DNA from: Oscillospiraceae bacterium
GTDB lineage: Bacteria > Bacillota > Clostridia > Oscillospirales > Ruminococcaceae
Direction of reading: 5' to 3'
NCBI GenBank assembly: GCA_017541275.1
Contig: JAFXZM010000004.1
Coordinates: 16,832 to 80,831, forward strand
Length of the DNA stretch: 64,000 bases
Below, in pieces: positions 29,068-38,691 of this stretch; the first letter of the stretch is position 1; each line of letters starts with the position of its first letter. Made by a program: the position numbers and the translations under genes. Under the pieces are notes generated by a model. The model did not search any database. It saw only the letters and a program-made list of their open reading frames with translations, and was not told where the DNA came from.

Positions 29068-31480
29068 GCATAAAGCCGAGGTTCAGCTCGCGGTTATCGC
29101 AGGGCGGTGCATAGGAGCCCTTCCAGTAGCCCGGTGCGCCCTTGCCGCAGGAAGCATTCGCGATCTTGCCGGTAGCGGGGCAGACAAAGCCTGTGACGAT
29201 ATTTTCACAGTTCGGGAAATCCTGTCCGTCGTAGTGATTCAGAATCCACTCGCCGGTAATATTCTTCCAGACATAGGCAGATTTAATTGCGCCGTGGTTT
29301 TTGATCTTCTTGTTTTCCTTGTAGCCGACCCAGACCGCGCTGACGAAATCGGGCGTCAGACCGACAAACATGAGGTCGCACCAGTCGGATGTCGTACCGG
29401 TCTTGCCGGCGATCGGGACCTGCTTGCCGTTGAGGAACATCTTTGCGGGTTTACCGGTACCCTCATTGACGACATTCTGAAGCAGCTTGTTCATGACATA
29501 GGCGGTCTCGTCGCTGATAACAGCCTGATAGCCGTCGTCGCCGTTATAGACGAGCTCACCCTCCGAGGTTTCGACACGGCTGATGATATGGGCATCATCG
29601 AAATAGCCGCCGCTGCCGTAGACCATATAGGCATTTGCAAGGTCAGTGACCGTCACGCCGTAGCTCAGAGCGCCGACGGAAAGCGGAGCATAGTCCTTGT
29701 CGCCGGCCTCATAGAGGTCGAGGCCGAGCTTATCGGTCGCAAAGTTGAACACATTTTCGCAGCCGTAGGTCTTGCAGAGCAGTGCGGGAATGGTGTTCTT
29801 GGAGACCTGAAGTGCAAAATAGATGTTGATTTTCTGGTTTGTATAGACTGTGGTGTCATTGCTGTCCGCATAGTTCGTCGGCCAGAGCTTTTCCTTCTTG
29901 GTTTTTTCATCAATGACCGTGAGCGGCGGGTAGTCGAGCACATGCGTACCCCATGTGATATAGTTGTTTTCGAGTGCAAAGCCGTATGCCGTGACCGGCT
30001 TGATTGCGGAACCGGGCTGCTGCTTTTCCGTCGAAGCGTAGCTGATGCCGAGGGAGCCTTCCTTTTCGCCGATGCCGCCGACCGTGCAGAGGATTCTGCC
30101 GTGATAGTCGATCGCCGCGAAGCCGGACTGAAGCACAAGGTTTTCGTCATCGCCGTAAACGCCGTCGCCGTCAAGGTCACGGGACATTGTGGTTGCCTTG
30201 GTATTTGTCATACCCGCGAGCAGATTGTCGAGGCTGGAATATTTCTTCTCGGCATAGTCCTGCATCTCGCGGTCAACTGTCGTATAGATCTGATAGCCTT
30301 CCTTGTTGATCTTGGTCATAGCGCGGTCGAAGGAAATGCCCTGCTCGTCCATGAGGAAGTGTGCAAATTCGCGCAGCGCCTCATCGACGACCCAGTCCGT
30401 AGACTGAATCTCGTCCTCGCCGTCCTTCAGCGTGACGGTGCCGTCCTCCTCGACCTTCTGGAGCTCCGGATGCAGAAGCATATACTCCTCGGTATCGGTA
30501 AAGACAAGGTGCTCATTGAGCGCACTCTGATATTCGTCAAAGGTGATCGCGCCGTTCTTGTACATCCGGCCGAGAATATACTCCATACGTGCGCGGTTGA
30601 TCTCACGGCCGGTGTTGACGACCTTATCCGTGACATACTTTGTGTGGGTCACGGGATTTTCGGCCTTTTCGTTGTAGCCGGCGAAGGGGTTGTTGACCTC
30701 CGGGCTCTGCGGAATGGCTGCCAGACAGGCTGATTCTGCGATGGTCAGCTCCTCGACATGCTTGCCGAAATATTTTCTCGCTGCCATTTCGATGCCGTTC
30801 GCGGCGCCGCCGAAGCCGATATAGTTGAGGTAGGTCTCAAGGATCTCGTCCTTGGAGTAGTTCTTTTCGAGCTGCATTGCGCGGTGAATCTCACGGATCT
30901 TACGCTGCGGGCTCTTGTCGTTGTCGCGGGTAATATTCTTGACGAGCTGCTGCGTGATCGTCGAACCGCCCTGATCGGAATTCCAGAACTGAAGGATCAT
31001 ATTCGCAAAGGAGGCAATGGTACGCTTGTAGTCCACGCCCTCATGCGTCCAGTAACGCTCGTCCTCACCGTAAACAAACGCATCGCGGGTATGCTGCGGA
31101 ATCTGATCGAGCGTGACCGGAATCCGCATCACATCGTTCTGCACATGATAGACGATCTCATCCTCGCCGTCCGCATTCTTCTCAAAGACGTTTGTCTCAT
31201 AGCTCATAGTGAGCTCCTGAATACTGACGGAGGGGGTCTTTTCCATATAGTCGATGATATAGGTTGCGGCCGCGACGGCGCAGATAGCGCCGGTTACGCA
31301 GAACAGCAGAAAAAATGAGAGAAATGTCGTCAGCACGACCGAGAAGATGCTGCCGAGGATACGGAGGATCAGCGGACGTCTGCGTTTTTTCTTTGTCTTC
31401 TCCTTTACAGGCTTCACAGGCTTCGCGGACGGTTTTCTCGCGGCAGAGGCCGGCCTGCCGGAAGACTTTGCTTTGCTCAT
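29054..31480 (-). CDS. class A penicillin-binding protein (PBP1A family; glycosyltransferase plus transpeptidase)
   Basis: AAAGGAG RBS. GT51 motifs EDERYWTHEGVD and GGSTITQQ. Transpeptidase motifs SAIKP and KTGTT. Confidence 0.9.
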   Translation of the reverse strand: MSKAKSSGRPASAARKPSAKPVKPVKEKTKKKRRRPLILRILGSIFSVVLTTFLSFFLLFCVTGAICAVAAATYIIDYMEKTPSVSIQELTMSYETNVFEKNADGEDEIVYHVQNDVMRIPVTLDQIPQHTRDAFVYGEDERYWTHEGVDYKRTIASFANMILQFWNSDQGGSTITQQLVKNITRDNDKSPQRKIREIHRAMQLEKNYSKDEILETYLNYIGFGGAANGIEMAARKYFGKHVEELTIAESACLAAIPQSPEVNNPFAGYNEKAENPVTHTKYVTDKVVNTGREINRARMEYILGRMYKNGAITFDEYQSALNEHLVFTDTEEYMLLHPELQKVEEDGTVTLKDGEDEIQSTDWVVDEALREFAHFLMDEQGISFDRAMTKINKEGYQIYTTVDREMQDYAEKKYSSLDNLLAGMTNTKATTMSRDLDGDGVYGDDENLVLQSGFAAIDYHGRILCTVGGIGEKEGSLGISYASTEKQQPGSAIKPVTAYGFALENNYITWGTHVLDYPPLTVIDEKTKKEKLWPTNYADSNDTTVYTNQKINIYFALQVSKNTIPALLCKTYGCENVFNFATDKLGLDLYEAGDKDYAPLSVGALSYGVTVTDLANAYMVYGSGGYFDDAHIISRVETSEGELVYNGDDGYQAVISDETAYVMNKLLQNVVNEGTGKPAKMFLNGKQVPIAGKTGTTSDWCDLMFVGLTPDFVSAVWVGYKENKKIKNHGAIKSAYVWKNITGEWILNHYDGQDFPNCENIVTGFVCPATGKIANASCGKGAPGYWKGSYAPPCDNRELNLGFMLDDE

Positions 31481-31681
31481 GCCAAAAAGCTCCTTTCATA
31501 ATGCGCACAATCACAGTGAATTTGCCTTATGTATGCATAAAGATACACTGTCCATTATATCACAAAATTCGATTCTTGTTAACCCCTTTTCAAAAAAATT
31601 TCATGTTTTTTTCAATGTTGCTGAATATTCGCAGATTTTTTGCAGCATACTGACTGTAATCACGAAAGGAAGGTGCTGAGC

Positions 31682-32080
31682 ATGCTGAATATGACGGCAA
31701 CAACATGGTTCCGGCCGGTTCTGGTGACGGGCATCACACTGCTTGCGGCGGGCACGATGCTTCTGCCGCAGTCCGCACAGGGGAAGTACGAGCTGCCGGA
31801 GGTATCGTTCTCTGAGGAGATGCAGGCAGACAGCCCGGTGACGCTGCGTGCGGCGGAGCCTGCGCCGGCGGAGACCGTACCGGCGTCCGAGCGGGAATAC
31901 ACGGTCAAGCTGGAGAAGGGTGCGCTGTATGTCTATGAAGCGGGCAGACGCGAGCCGGTATGCGCATATGCGGTGCAGGAGGCCGGCATGCCGGATTATG
32001 ACCGCATTTTGCTGGAATACGGCATCCGCGTGACAGGCGAAGCGGCGCTGCGCGAGGTGCTGGAGGACTACGCCTCATGA
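31682..32080 (+). CDS. hypothetical secreted/anchored protein
   Basis: ATG (MLNMTATTWF...) after AAGGAAGG. One N-terminal hydrophobic segment. 132 aa. Confidence 0.5.
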   Translation: MLNMTATTWFRPVLVTGITLLAAGTMLLPQSAQGKYELPEVSFSEEMQADSPVTLRAAEPAPAETVPASEREYTVKLEKGALYVYEAGRREPVCAYAVQEAGMPDYDRILLEYGIRVTGEAALREVLEDYAS

Positions 32081-32871
32081 GGCGGCTCTGGCACGAAGCC
32101 TCGCAGCGCCTCCGGGGAAAACGGCGGTCAGCCGCGGTGCTGGGCGCGGCACGGCTGACCGTGTTTCTGTTCTGCCTGTTCTGCGGCAGCATTGTGCAGC
32201 GATTGCTTCTGTGCGCAGATACATTCACTGCCGGGCCGAACCGCTGGGATCTGTTTCTGCTCTGTGTACCGGCCGCATCGCTGCTGTTTGTGACGCCGCT
32301 GCGGATGCAGACCGCATGGCAGCTCGGACTGCTTTCGGGGCTGCTGGATGAAAACGACAACGGCTTTCTGTCCGGGAGCAGCGCACTGTGGCTCTGGGCG
32401 CGTGCGATCATCGTGCGGCTGCTCAGCGGCATCTGCCTGATTGTCTCTGCGGCGCCGGCGCTGGTGCTGCTGATGGCAGCAAAGGGCGTATGGCTGACCA
32501 TTCCGCCGGAGCAGGAGAGCCTGCTTCCGCTGCTGACGGTGCTGCATCTTGCAATGCTGACCGCCGCGGCGGTCTGGCTGCCGCTGCGGGTCTTTGCGGC
32601 CTGTACGGCACTCCCCTACTGTTTTCTGAAGATGCCGCATGTACCGGCGGTGCGGGTACTGGTGCTGAGCTTCCGGCTGACAGCCGGACAGACTTTTTCG
32701 GTCGTACTGATGCGGCTGCTGAGCCTGCCGGCGCTGATCTGCCCGTTTTCGGCGGTCTGGGTGCTGCCGACGCTTCTGACGGCAGAGCAGCTTCGTGCGA
32801 GCCGGAGCTGGCGTCACATGCAGCCCCGCCGGACAGGCCGCTTCTCCCGTCTGGAGCTTCATGCCGTATGA
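32077..32871 (+). CDS. hypothetical polytopic membrane protein
   Basis: ATGA overlap with the preceding gene. About six hydrophobic segments. Confidence 0.5.
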   Translation: MRRLWHEASQRLRGKRRSAAVLGAARLTVFLFCLFCGSIVQRLLLCADTFTAGPNRWDLFLLCVPAASLLFVTPLRMQTAWQLGLLSGLLDENDNGFLSGSSALWLWARAIIVRLLSGICLIVSAAPALVLLMAAKGVWLTIPPEQESLLPLLTVLHLAMLTAAAVWLPLRVFAACTALPYCFLKMPHVPAVRVLVLSFRLTAGQTFSVVLMRLLSLPALICPFSAVWVLPTLLTAEQLRASRSWRHMQPRRTGRFSRLELHAV

Positions 32872-32940
32872 CACCGCTGCGCCGGGGACAGGCGATAGAT
32901 TCAACGAAGATACCACTTATATACAAGTATACAAGCCGAA

Positions 32941-33233
32941 ACAGGCAGATACCTCACATGAGATATCTGCCTCAGCTTGTCGGGAAACCTCAAAATGGAA
33001 TTCCAAAGGGACAGTGTCCCTTTGGCGCAGGTCAAGGGGCGCGCAGCCCCTTGCCGCGCTCCGCAGAGCGCGGAACACCTTTTTGCATGCAAAAGCGCAA
33101 AAGGAGGGGGCTTGGGGGAGGGAAAACAAGAGTTTTCTCTCCCCCATTTTTCAATCTTTCATATCGCTTTGTCAGAAGCATATTTTAATCAAAAAGCTGA
33201 CAGGCAGATACCTCAAAATGAGATATCTGCCTG
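32941..33233. repeat. hairpin array bracketed by two ~32-nt direct repeats (intergenic palindromic repeat cluster, locus 3)
   Basis: Direct repeats ACAGGCAGATACCTCA(C/AA)ATGAGATATCTGCCT at 32941-32972 and 33200-33233. Internal hairpins at 33003-33025, 33033-33053, 33054-33073, ~33079-33095 and 33114-33145. Confidence 0.8.
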
Positions 33234-33258
33234 TTAATTTGCTGTAAAAGAAATTGGA

Positions 33259-33810
33259 TTATTCTGCCTCATCGTCAGAATCGGCGGCATCCTTCTGATC
33301 GGACTCGCTGTCATCGGCGGCAAAATCCGTTTCGATGTTGTCGTAATTGAACTCCAGCAGCTCGCCGCAGCTCGGACAGACGATGCTGCCCTCCTCAAGC
33401 TGACGTTCACTGAGGTTCACGGTCTCGTCACAGGACGGACAGTTGACAACATACTGCACCTCGTCGAATTCGTCATCGTCATCGTCGAAGGCCGTATCAT
33501 CGTAATCAGCGGGGAGCACCTTGCCGAGGGTATAATCGTCCTCGTCGTCATCCTCGTCATCATCATCCTCGTCGTAATCGTCATCGTCGTCACAGTAGAG
33601 ATCGGACTCGACCTCGCCGAGATCATGATCGAGCAGATCGCAGAGCTCAGTCAGCTCATCGACCTGAGACTGCAAATCATCAATATAGACTGCCATTTCC
33701 TCCATGACGTCCGCCATTTGCAGGATAGCCTTGCCCTCTTTGGTGTCGCCGCTCAGCTCCATGCCGTCGAGCAGGCCTTTCATATAAGCAATTTTCTCAG
33801 TCAGCTTCAT
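33259..33810 (-). CDS. highly acidic zinc-ribbon protein
   Basis: ATG (MKLTEKIAYMKG...) after AGGGAGG. Asp/Glu runs (CDDDDDYDEDDDDEDDDEDD). CPSC..x16..CPSC zinc ribbon. Confidence 0.6.
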   Translation of the reverse strand: MKLTEKIAYMKGLLDGMELSGDTKEGKAILQMADVMEEMAVYIDDLQSQVDELTELCDLLDHDLGEVESDLYCDDDDDYDEDDDDEDDDEDDYTLGKVLPADYDDTAFDDDDDEFDEVQYVVNCPSCDETVNLSERQLEEGSIVCPSCGELLEFNYDNIETDFAADDSESDQKDAADSDDEAE

Positions 33811-33870
33811 GATGATCCTCCCTTTCATACGCAGCCCGCGGGATGCGGAGCCGGTTTCCTAAGCAGAAAA

Positions 33871-34428
33871 TTAAGCGCGCTCCATGTACTCGCCGGTACG
33901 GGTGTCGATGCGGATGCGGTCGCCCTCATTGATAAAGAGCGGCACACGGATCTCCGCGCCGGTCTCGACGACAGCGGGCTTTGTAGCGTTGGTCGCGGTA
34001 TTGCCCTTGACGCCGGGCTCCGTCTGGGTGACCTCCAGCTCGACGAAGAACGGCGGCTCGATGCCGAAGACATTGCCCTTATAGGAGAGAACCTTGACCT
34101 CCATCTCCTCCTTGACAAAGTCAAGCGCGTGGCCGACAACGTCCTTGCTGATCGGAACCTGATCGTAGGTTTCCATATCCATGAAGTAATAGAGCTCGCC
34201 GTCGTTGTAGCTGTACTGCATGTCCTTGCGCTCGACATAAGCAGTCGGGAACTTTGCGGTCGGGTTGAACGACGTTTCGACCACAGCGCCGGTGATGACG
34301 TTCTTGTACTTGGTACGGACAAAAGCCGCGCCCTTACCCGGCTTTACGTGCTGGAATTCGACCACCTGAACGACCTGGCCGTCCATTTCAAAGGTCATGC
34401 CGTTGCGAAAATCGCCTGCTGAAATCAT
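33871..34428 (-). CDS. efp: elongation factor P
   Basis: [40 protein letters not shown] is canonical EF-P. 185 aa. Confidence 0.95.
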   Translation of the reverse strand: MISAGDFRNGMTFEMDGQVVQVVEFQHVKPGKGAAFVRTKYKNVITGAVVETSFNPTAKFPTAYVERKDMQYSYNDGELYYFMDMETYDQVPISKDVVGHALDFVKEEMEVKVLSYKGNVFGIEPPFFVELEVTQTEPGVKGNTATNATKPAVVETGAEIRVPLFINEGDRIRIDTRTGEYMERA

Positions 34429-34480
34429 ATGTATAAACCTCCAAATGTTTTGAATGAAAATGCTCATTCCATATAGATTT

Positions 34481-34509
34481 ATTGTACACGATTTTCGAGC
34501 TTTTTGCAA
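34481..34509 (-). promoter_or_regulatory. sigma-70-type promoter for efp
   Basis: Minus strand: TTGCAA-17 nt-TACAAT, about 50 nt upstream of the efp ATG. Confidence 0.5.
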
Positions 34510-34643
34510 TAGCATTTTCAAAAAAATAAAGACATGCACAAAATAAAGTTCTGCTGCATCTGCGTATTCGTCACATTGACGGCTCATAGCGTTCGGTTTT
34601 GCGGCATAAGCTGTAACAAACAGCGGCAGGACGGAGGGATTGT

Positions 34644-35501
34644 GTGAAAAAGCGTCGAGGGTACATGCTGACTGCGGCTGTGCTTGCCTGCTGCATGAGC
34701 ATTGCGGGCTGCGCGGCGGATGCACCGGCGCCCGCAGCACCGCATGAATTCAGGCAGCCTGCATGCATCACGGTTCAGTCGCCGGCGGCGCTGACGGAGC
34801 TGACCGCCGGTGCATTATGCGGCGCGGAGCAATCGCTGACGGTGCAGGTTCCGTTCGGGGATGCCGAAACGATCGGAGCATGCATGGAGGCGGCAAGGTC
34901 GCGCAGCATCCTGACGCGCACCGGTCTGACCGCACTGGACTGGACATGGACAGACGGACTGCTGGAATGCCGCTTCACCTACGGCACGGAGGACTCTGCG
35001 CTGCTGCGGCGGGAGAAGGCCGAGCTTGCGCTCTATGCGGCGGAGTTTTCAGCATCGGCGGCAGATTTTACACCGCAGGCACGGACATTGCTGGCGCACG
35101 ACCGTCTGCTGCGCTGCTGCTGCTTTGAGGCAGGCGCACCGCAGGGCGATTCCGCGGCGGGGGCACTGCTGCTGCACGCGGCGGAATGCGGCGGCTATGC
35201 GGAGGGCTTTGCGCTGCTGGCGGAGTTCGGCGGTCTCCCGTGCATGATACTGACCGGCACTGCAAACGGCATGCCGCACGCATGGAATCTGGTGCAGCTT
35301 GACGGTGCGTGGTATCACATCGACTGCGCATGGGATGACGCAGACGGCGCAGATGCGCACGCTTATTTTCTGCGCGATGATGCCGCGATGCGGGAAACGC
35401 ATGCATGGGATGCAGCCGCATATCCCGCAGCACAGGGCGGCAAATACAGCTATGATACAGTGATAGCGGAAATGACGGCTGATGCAGCGGCGAATCGGTA
35501 A
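34644..35501 (+). CDS. lipoprotein with transglutaminase-like cysteine protease domain
   Basis: GTG start after GGAGGG. Lipobox SIAGC. Cys/His/Asp core CGGYAEGF...PHAWNLV...HIDCAWDD. Confidence 0.7.
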   Translation: MKKRRGYMLTAAVLACCMSIAGCAADAPAPAAPHEFRQPACITVQSPAALTELTAGALCGAEQSLTVQVPFGDAETIGACMEAARSRSILTRTGLTALDWTWTDGLLECRFTYGTEDSALLRREKAELALYAAEFSASAADFTPQARTLLAHDRLLRCCCFEAGAPQGDSAAGALLLHAAECGGYAEGFALLAEFGGLPCMILTGTANGMPHAWNLVQLDGAWYHIDCAWDDADGADAHAYFLRDDAAMRETHAWDAAAYPAAQGGKYSYDTVIAEMTADAAANR

Positions 35502-35576
35502 GGCGCGGAAATCGTGAAAAATCATTCCGGATTATCAGCAGGCACCCATATCAAAGTTTTTGAAGGAGGAATCAGC

Positions 35577-36743
35577 ATGAACCGGTTTGTCAGACTGTGC
35601 GCACTGGTGCTTGCGATGCTGTCTGCACTGGCAATCTGCACAGCCGCTTCATTTTCTGCACATGCTGCACCGGAAGGCCCGGCGATTTCGGCCAAAGCCT
35701 GCGTCCTCATGGACGCGCAGACCGGACAGGTGATCTATGCGCTGAACGCCGAGGAAAAGCGCCCGATGGCAAGCACGACAAAAATCATGACAACGCTGCT
35801 GACGCTTGAAAGCGGCGATCTTGATACGCCGTTCACGGTTGATCCGGAGGCGATACAGGTTGAGGGCTCGTCGATGGGGCTTCAGCCGGGCGACACGGTC
35901 ACAAAGCGGGCGCTCTGCGTCGGCATGCTGCTGCCCTCCGGCAATGATGCCGCGAATGCATCGGCAGTCGCAGTTGCGGGGAATATTCCGGATTTTCTGG
36001 ATATGATGAATGCGCGCGCAAAGAAGATCGGCATGACACGGAGCTGCTTTGCATCCCCCTCCGGGCTGGACGCCGAGGGACACGGTGCTTCTGCGCACGA
36101 CATGGCGCTGCTGGCGCGGGAGGCACTGAAGAATCCGGATTTTGCGGAGATCTGCCGGCAGCCGCGCATGACCGTATGCTTCGGGAACCCGCCGTATGCG
36201 CGGACGCTGAAGAATACTAACAAGCTGCTGACAATGGACAGCAGCATTCTCGGCGTCAAGACCGGCTTCACCGATGCAGCGGGGCGCTGTCTGGTGAGCG
36301 CCTGCGAGCGGGAGGGCCGCCGGCTGATCTGTGTGACGCTGTTTGACCGCGACGACTGGAACGATCACTTAAAGCTATACGATTACGGCTTTTCGCTCGC
36401 CTCGGATTATACGGTCAGCCCGCCGCGGACGCTCACGGTTCCGGCGGAGGGCGGCGAGCTGAAGGAAATCCCGGTCTATGTCCGCGAGCCGCTGACCGTA
36501 ACGGCTTGGCGCGGCATTCCGCCGGAGCCGGAGGTCACGGTTCTGCTTCCGCCGTTCCTGACCGCACCGGTCGAAAAGGGAACGCCCGTCGGGAAGCTGG
36601 TCTACCGCACCGACTGCGGGTGTATTGCAGAGCTGCCGCTGTATACAGCGCAGGCGCTTGTGTGTAAAACGCACGAAAAAACCGGCTCCGGACTGCTGAT
36701 TTGGCTCAAAAAATTGTTCTGCGGGGATAAAACGGCGGAATAG
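35577..36743 (+). CDS. D-alanyl-D-alanine carboxypeptidase (peptidase S11, DacB/DacF-like)
   Basis: ATG (MNRFVRLCAL...) after GAAGGAGG. Signal peptide. STTK, SGND and KTGFT motifs. Confidence 0.85.
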   Translation: MNRFVRLCALVLAMLSALAICTAASFSAHAAPEGPAISAKACVLMDAQTGQVIYALNAEEKRPMASTTKIMTTLLTLESGDLDTPFTVDPEAIQVEGSSMGLQPGDTVTKRALCVGMLLPSGNDAANASAVAVAGNIPDFLDMMNARAKKIGMTRSCFASPSGLDAEGHGASAHDMALLAREALKNPDFAEICRQPRMTVCFGNPPYARTLKNTNKLLTMDSSILGVKTGFTDAAGRCLVSACEREGRRLICVTLFDRDDWNDHLKLYDYGFSLASDYTVSPPRTLTVPAEGGELKEIPVYVREPLTVTAWRGIPPEPEVTVLLPPFLTAPVEKGTPVGKLVYRTDCGCIAELPLYTAQALVCKTHEKTGSGLLIWLKKLFCGDKTAE

Positions 36744-36839
36744 CGCTATACAGAATGTAATATGTTCGTGATGTTATACAATAGAATAAGCCGCCTTCTG
36801 TGAATAACGCTGATTTTTCATGAAAATGCCGAAAACCAC

Positions 36840-36868
36840 TTGACGGATTTGGCCTATTTTGCTATAAT
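36840..36868 (+). promoter_or_regulatory. consensus-like orphan sigma-70 promoter
   Basis: TTGACG-17 nt-TATAAT in the intergenic region between convergent genes. Confidence 0.55.
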
Positions 36869-36874
36869 AATGAT

Positions 36875-37033
36875 GGCGAGCAAACACAGTAAGATATGCA
36901 CCCGAGCATCCGTGTTTGATATTTCAGTGATTGTAATTCGCCCGCCTTTCATGGTAAATCACTGCCCTCTCGAATACCCGTAAAGCAAAACAGGCTTTCT
37001 CGTTTACCCGTGAGAAAGCCTGTTTTGTATTTT
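36875..37033 (+). ncRNA. candidate small RNA (family not recognised)
   Basis: About 160 nt between the promoter and the intrinsic terminator. Internal stems CAAACAC/GTGTTTG and CAGTGATT/AATCACTG. No RBS-preceded ORF and no downstream gene on this strand. The 5' end is estimated. Confidence 0.35.
36988..37033. terminator. bidirectional rho-independent terminator
   Basis: CAGGCTTTCTC-10 nt-GAGAAAGCCTG, flanked by AAAGCAAAA on the 5' side and TTTTGTATTTT on the 3' side. Confidence 0.75.
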
Positions 37034-37080
37034 GCAGTCTGAAATGCTTTCCGGCAGACTGAACCGTGAGATGCCCTTGT

Positions 37081-38214
37081 TCAATTCCGAAGCGCCCTCA
37101 GAAAAGCGTCGGTCTCCTGCTCTGTATTGAATACCGAGGGCGAAAACCGCACCGTTCCGACGGAGCCGGTGCCGAGGGTATGATGAGCAAGCGGCGCACA
37201 GTGCAGGCCGGCACGCACGCAAAAGCCCTGTGCAGCAAGCCGCGCCGCTGTCTCATCGGGCGCCTCCCGGCCGAGTGTGAATGACACAACCGGCGCATAC
37301 CGCGCATTTTCTGTCCGGTACACAACCGCATCCGGCATCCGGCGCAGGCCGTCGATCAGACGTTCGCAAAGCGCACTCTCATACGCAAAGGCCTCCGCCG
37401 TGCCGTGTCTGCGCACGTACTGCATGCCGGCATCCAAACCGGCAATTCCCGGCACATTGACCGTGCCGGATTCCAGTGCATCGGGCAGGAAATCCGGCTG
37501 CTCAAGCGAGGCGGAGCGCGAGCCGGTGCCGCCCTGCATCAGCGGCTTCAGACTGACTGTTCCGTCTGAAAGCAGCATTCCGGTTCCCATCGGGCCGAAT
37601 AAGCCCTTGTGCCCCGCGGTACAGAGCAGATGCATCCCGTCACGCAGTGTGACCGGAAGAATGCCGCAGCCCTGCGCACCGTCAGCAATCAGAATGATGC
37701 CGTGTGCCCGGCAGACCGCTGCGAGCTTCTGAACCGGTAAAATCTGCCCCGTGACATTGCTGACAAGCGTGCAGATCACGGCACGGGTGTTCGGACGCAT
37801 CAGCCGCCGGAATTCCGCGACTGTCCGGTCATCCTCCGGAAATACTCTGGCTGTTGAGAGACTGATGATTCCGGTATCCGCGAGGGCGGCGGCGGGGCGT
37901 GCGACAGAATTATGCTCCAGACTGCTGATGATAATATGGTCGCCGGGGCGCACCGTCCCGTGAATTGCAAGGTTGAGCGCGTGTGTGCAGTTCTGCGTAA
38001 AGACGGTATGCTCCGGCGCAGCAGCAAATAAAGCCGCTGCGGTTTCCCGCGCATGATAGACCGTTTCGCCGGCACGGACTGCGAGCGGATGCCCGCCGCG
38101 GCCGGGATTTCCGCCGGCAGTGCGCAGTGCCTCCTGCACCGCACGGGAAACGTCGGGCGGCTTTGGAAAGCTCGTTGCGGCATTATCAAAATAAACCGGC
38201 GAAGGATTCGGCAT
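37081..38214 (-). CDS. cysteine desulfurase-family aminotransferase class V enzyme
   Basis: VYFDNAATSFPKP N-terminus. PLP-lysine region TAGHKGLFGPMGTG. 377 aa. Confidence 0.85.
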   Translation of the reverse strand: MPNPSPVYFDNAATSFPKPPDVSRAVQEALRTAGGNPGRGGHPLAVRAGETVYHARETAAALFAAAPEHTVFTQNCTHALNLAIHGTVRPGDHIIISSLEHNSVARPAAALADTGIISLSTARVFPEDDRTVAEFRRLMRPNTRAVICTLVSNVTGQILPVQKLAAVCRAHGIILIADGAQGCGILPVTLRDGMHLLCTAGHKGLFGPMGTGMLLSDGTVSLKPLMQGGTGSRSASLEQPDFLPDALESGTVNVPGIAGLDAGMQYVRRHGTAEAFAYESALCERLIDGLRRMPDAVVYRTENARYAPVVSFTLGREAPDETAARLAAQGFCVRAGLHCAPLAHHTLGTGSVGTVRFSPSVFNTEQETDAFLRALRN

Positions 38215-38232
38215 GAATGATCCGCTCCCTTC

Positions 38233-38433
38233 TCAGCAGGTCTGATACGGCACCCGCTGCGCCGAAAGCAGGGCAAATACCGCAGCAGGCTCCGCAGCAA
38301 CCGTAAACTGATATGAGCAGCCCGCTGCTGCCGTCACCTTCCGCACCTGAAACCGGAACCGGTACCGCGAAAGCAGACGCTTCGTTTTTTCGGCATAGGT
38401 CTCAGACTGCACGACAAAATGTGTCTCCATCAA
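38233..38433 (-). CDS. small DUF3343-like protein (putative S/Se carrier partner of the desulfurase)
   Basis: 66-aa ORF directly upstream of the desulfurase gene. Size and context fit DUF3343; no strong motif. Confidence 0.45.
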   Translation of the reverse strand: MMETHFVVQSETYAEKTKRLLSRYRFRFQVRKVTAAAGCSYQFTVAAEPAAVFALLSAQRVPYQTC

Positions 38434-38602
38434 ATCAACTCCCGTCTGTGCAGGCAGCTCTGCCGCCTGCTGATTACCGGCAGAGCATTTGCTGCCCTGC
38501 TTACCGTATCATATGCAAATTCGACACGGTATGACACAGGCGTGAATTCTGCCTTGCACGGATCTCCGCCCGGCGATTTTCCGACTGCTTTACAGAACAA
38601 GC

Positions 38603-38639
38603 AAATCCCTCTGTTCATCGCGGAACAGAGGGATTTTTT
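38603..38639. terminator. terminator-like hairpin downstream of the PP2C sensor gene
   Basis: AAATCCCTCTGTTC-6 nt-GAACAGAGGGATTT. The T run lies on the plus strand. Confidence 0.5.
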
Positions 38640-38691
38640 CGCACAGGCAGTCAATTTTACAGTGGGGGCATCATGTGACTGAAAAACGGGC

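Noticed and set aside
36870-36983. 37-codon ORF (MMASKHSKICTRASVFDISVIVIRPPFMVNHCPLEYP) inside the sRNA candidate
   Set aside because: Its ATG begins 2 nt after the -10 hexamer, so it would not be included in a transcript from that promoter. It has no Shine-Dalgarno and is not clearly hydrophobic like a type I toxin.
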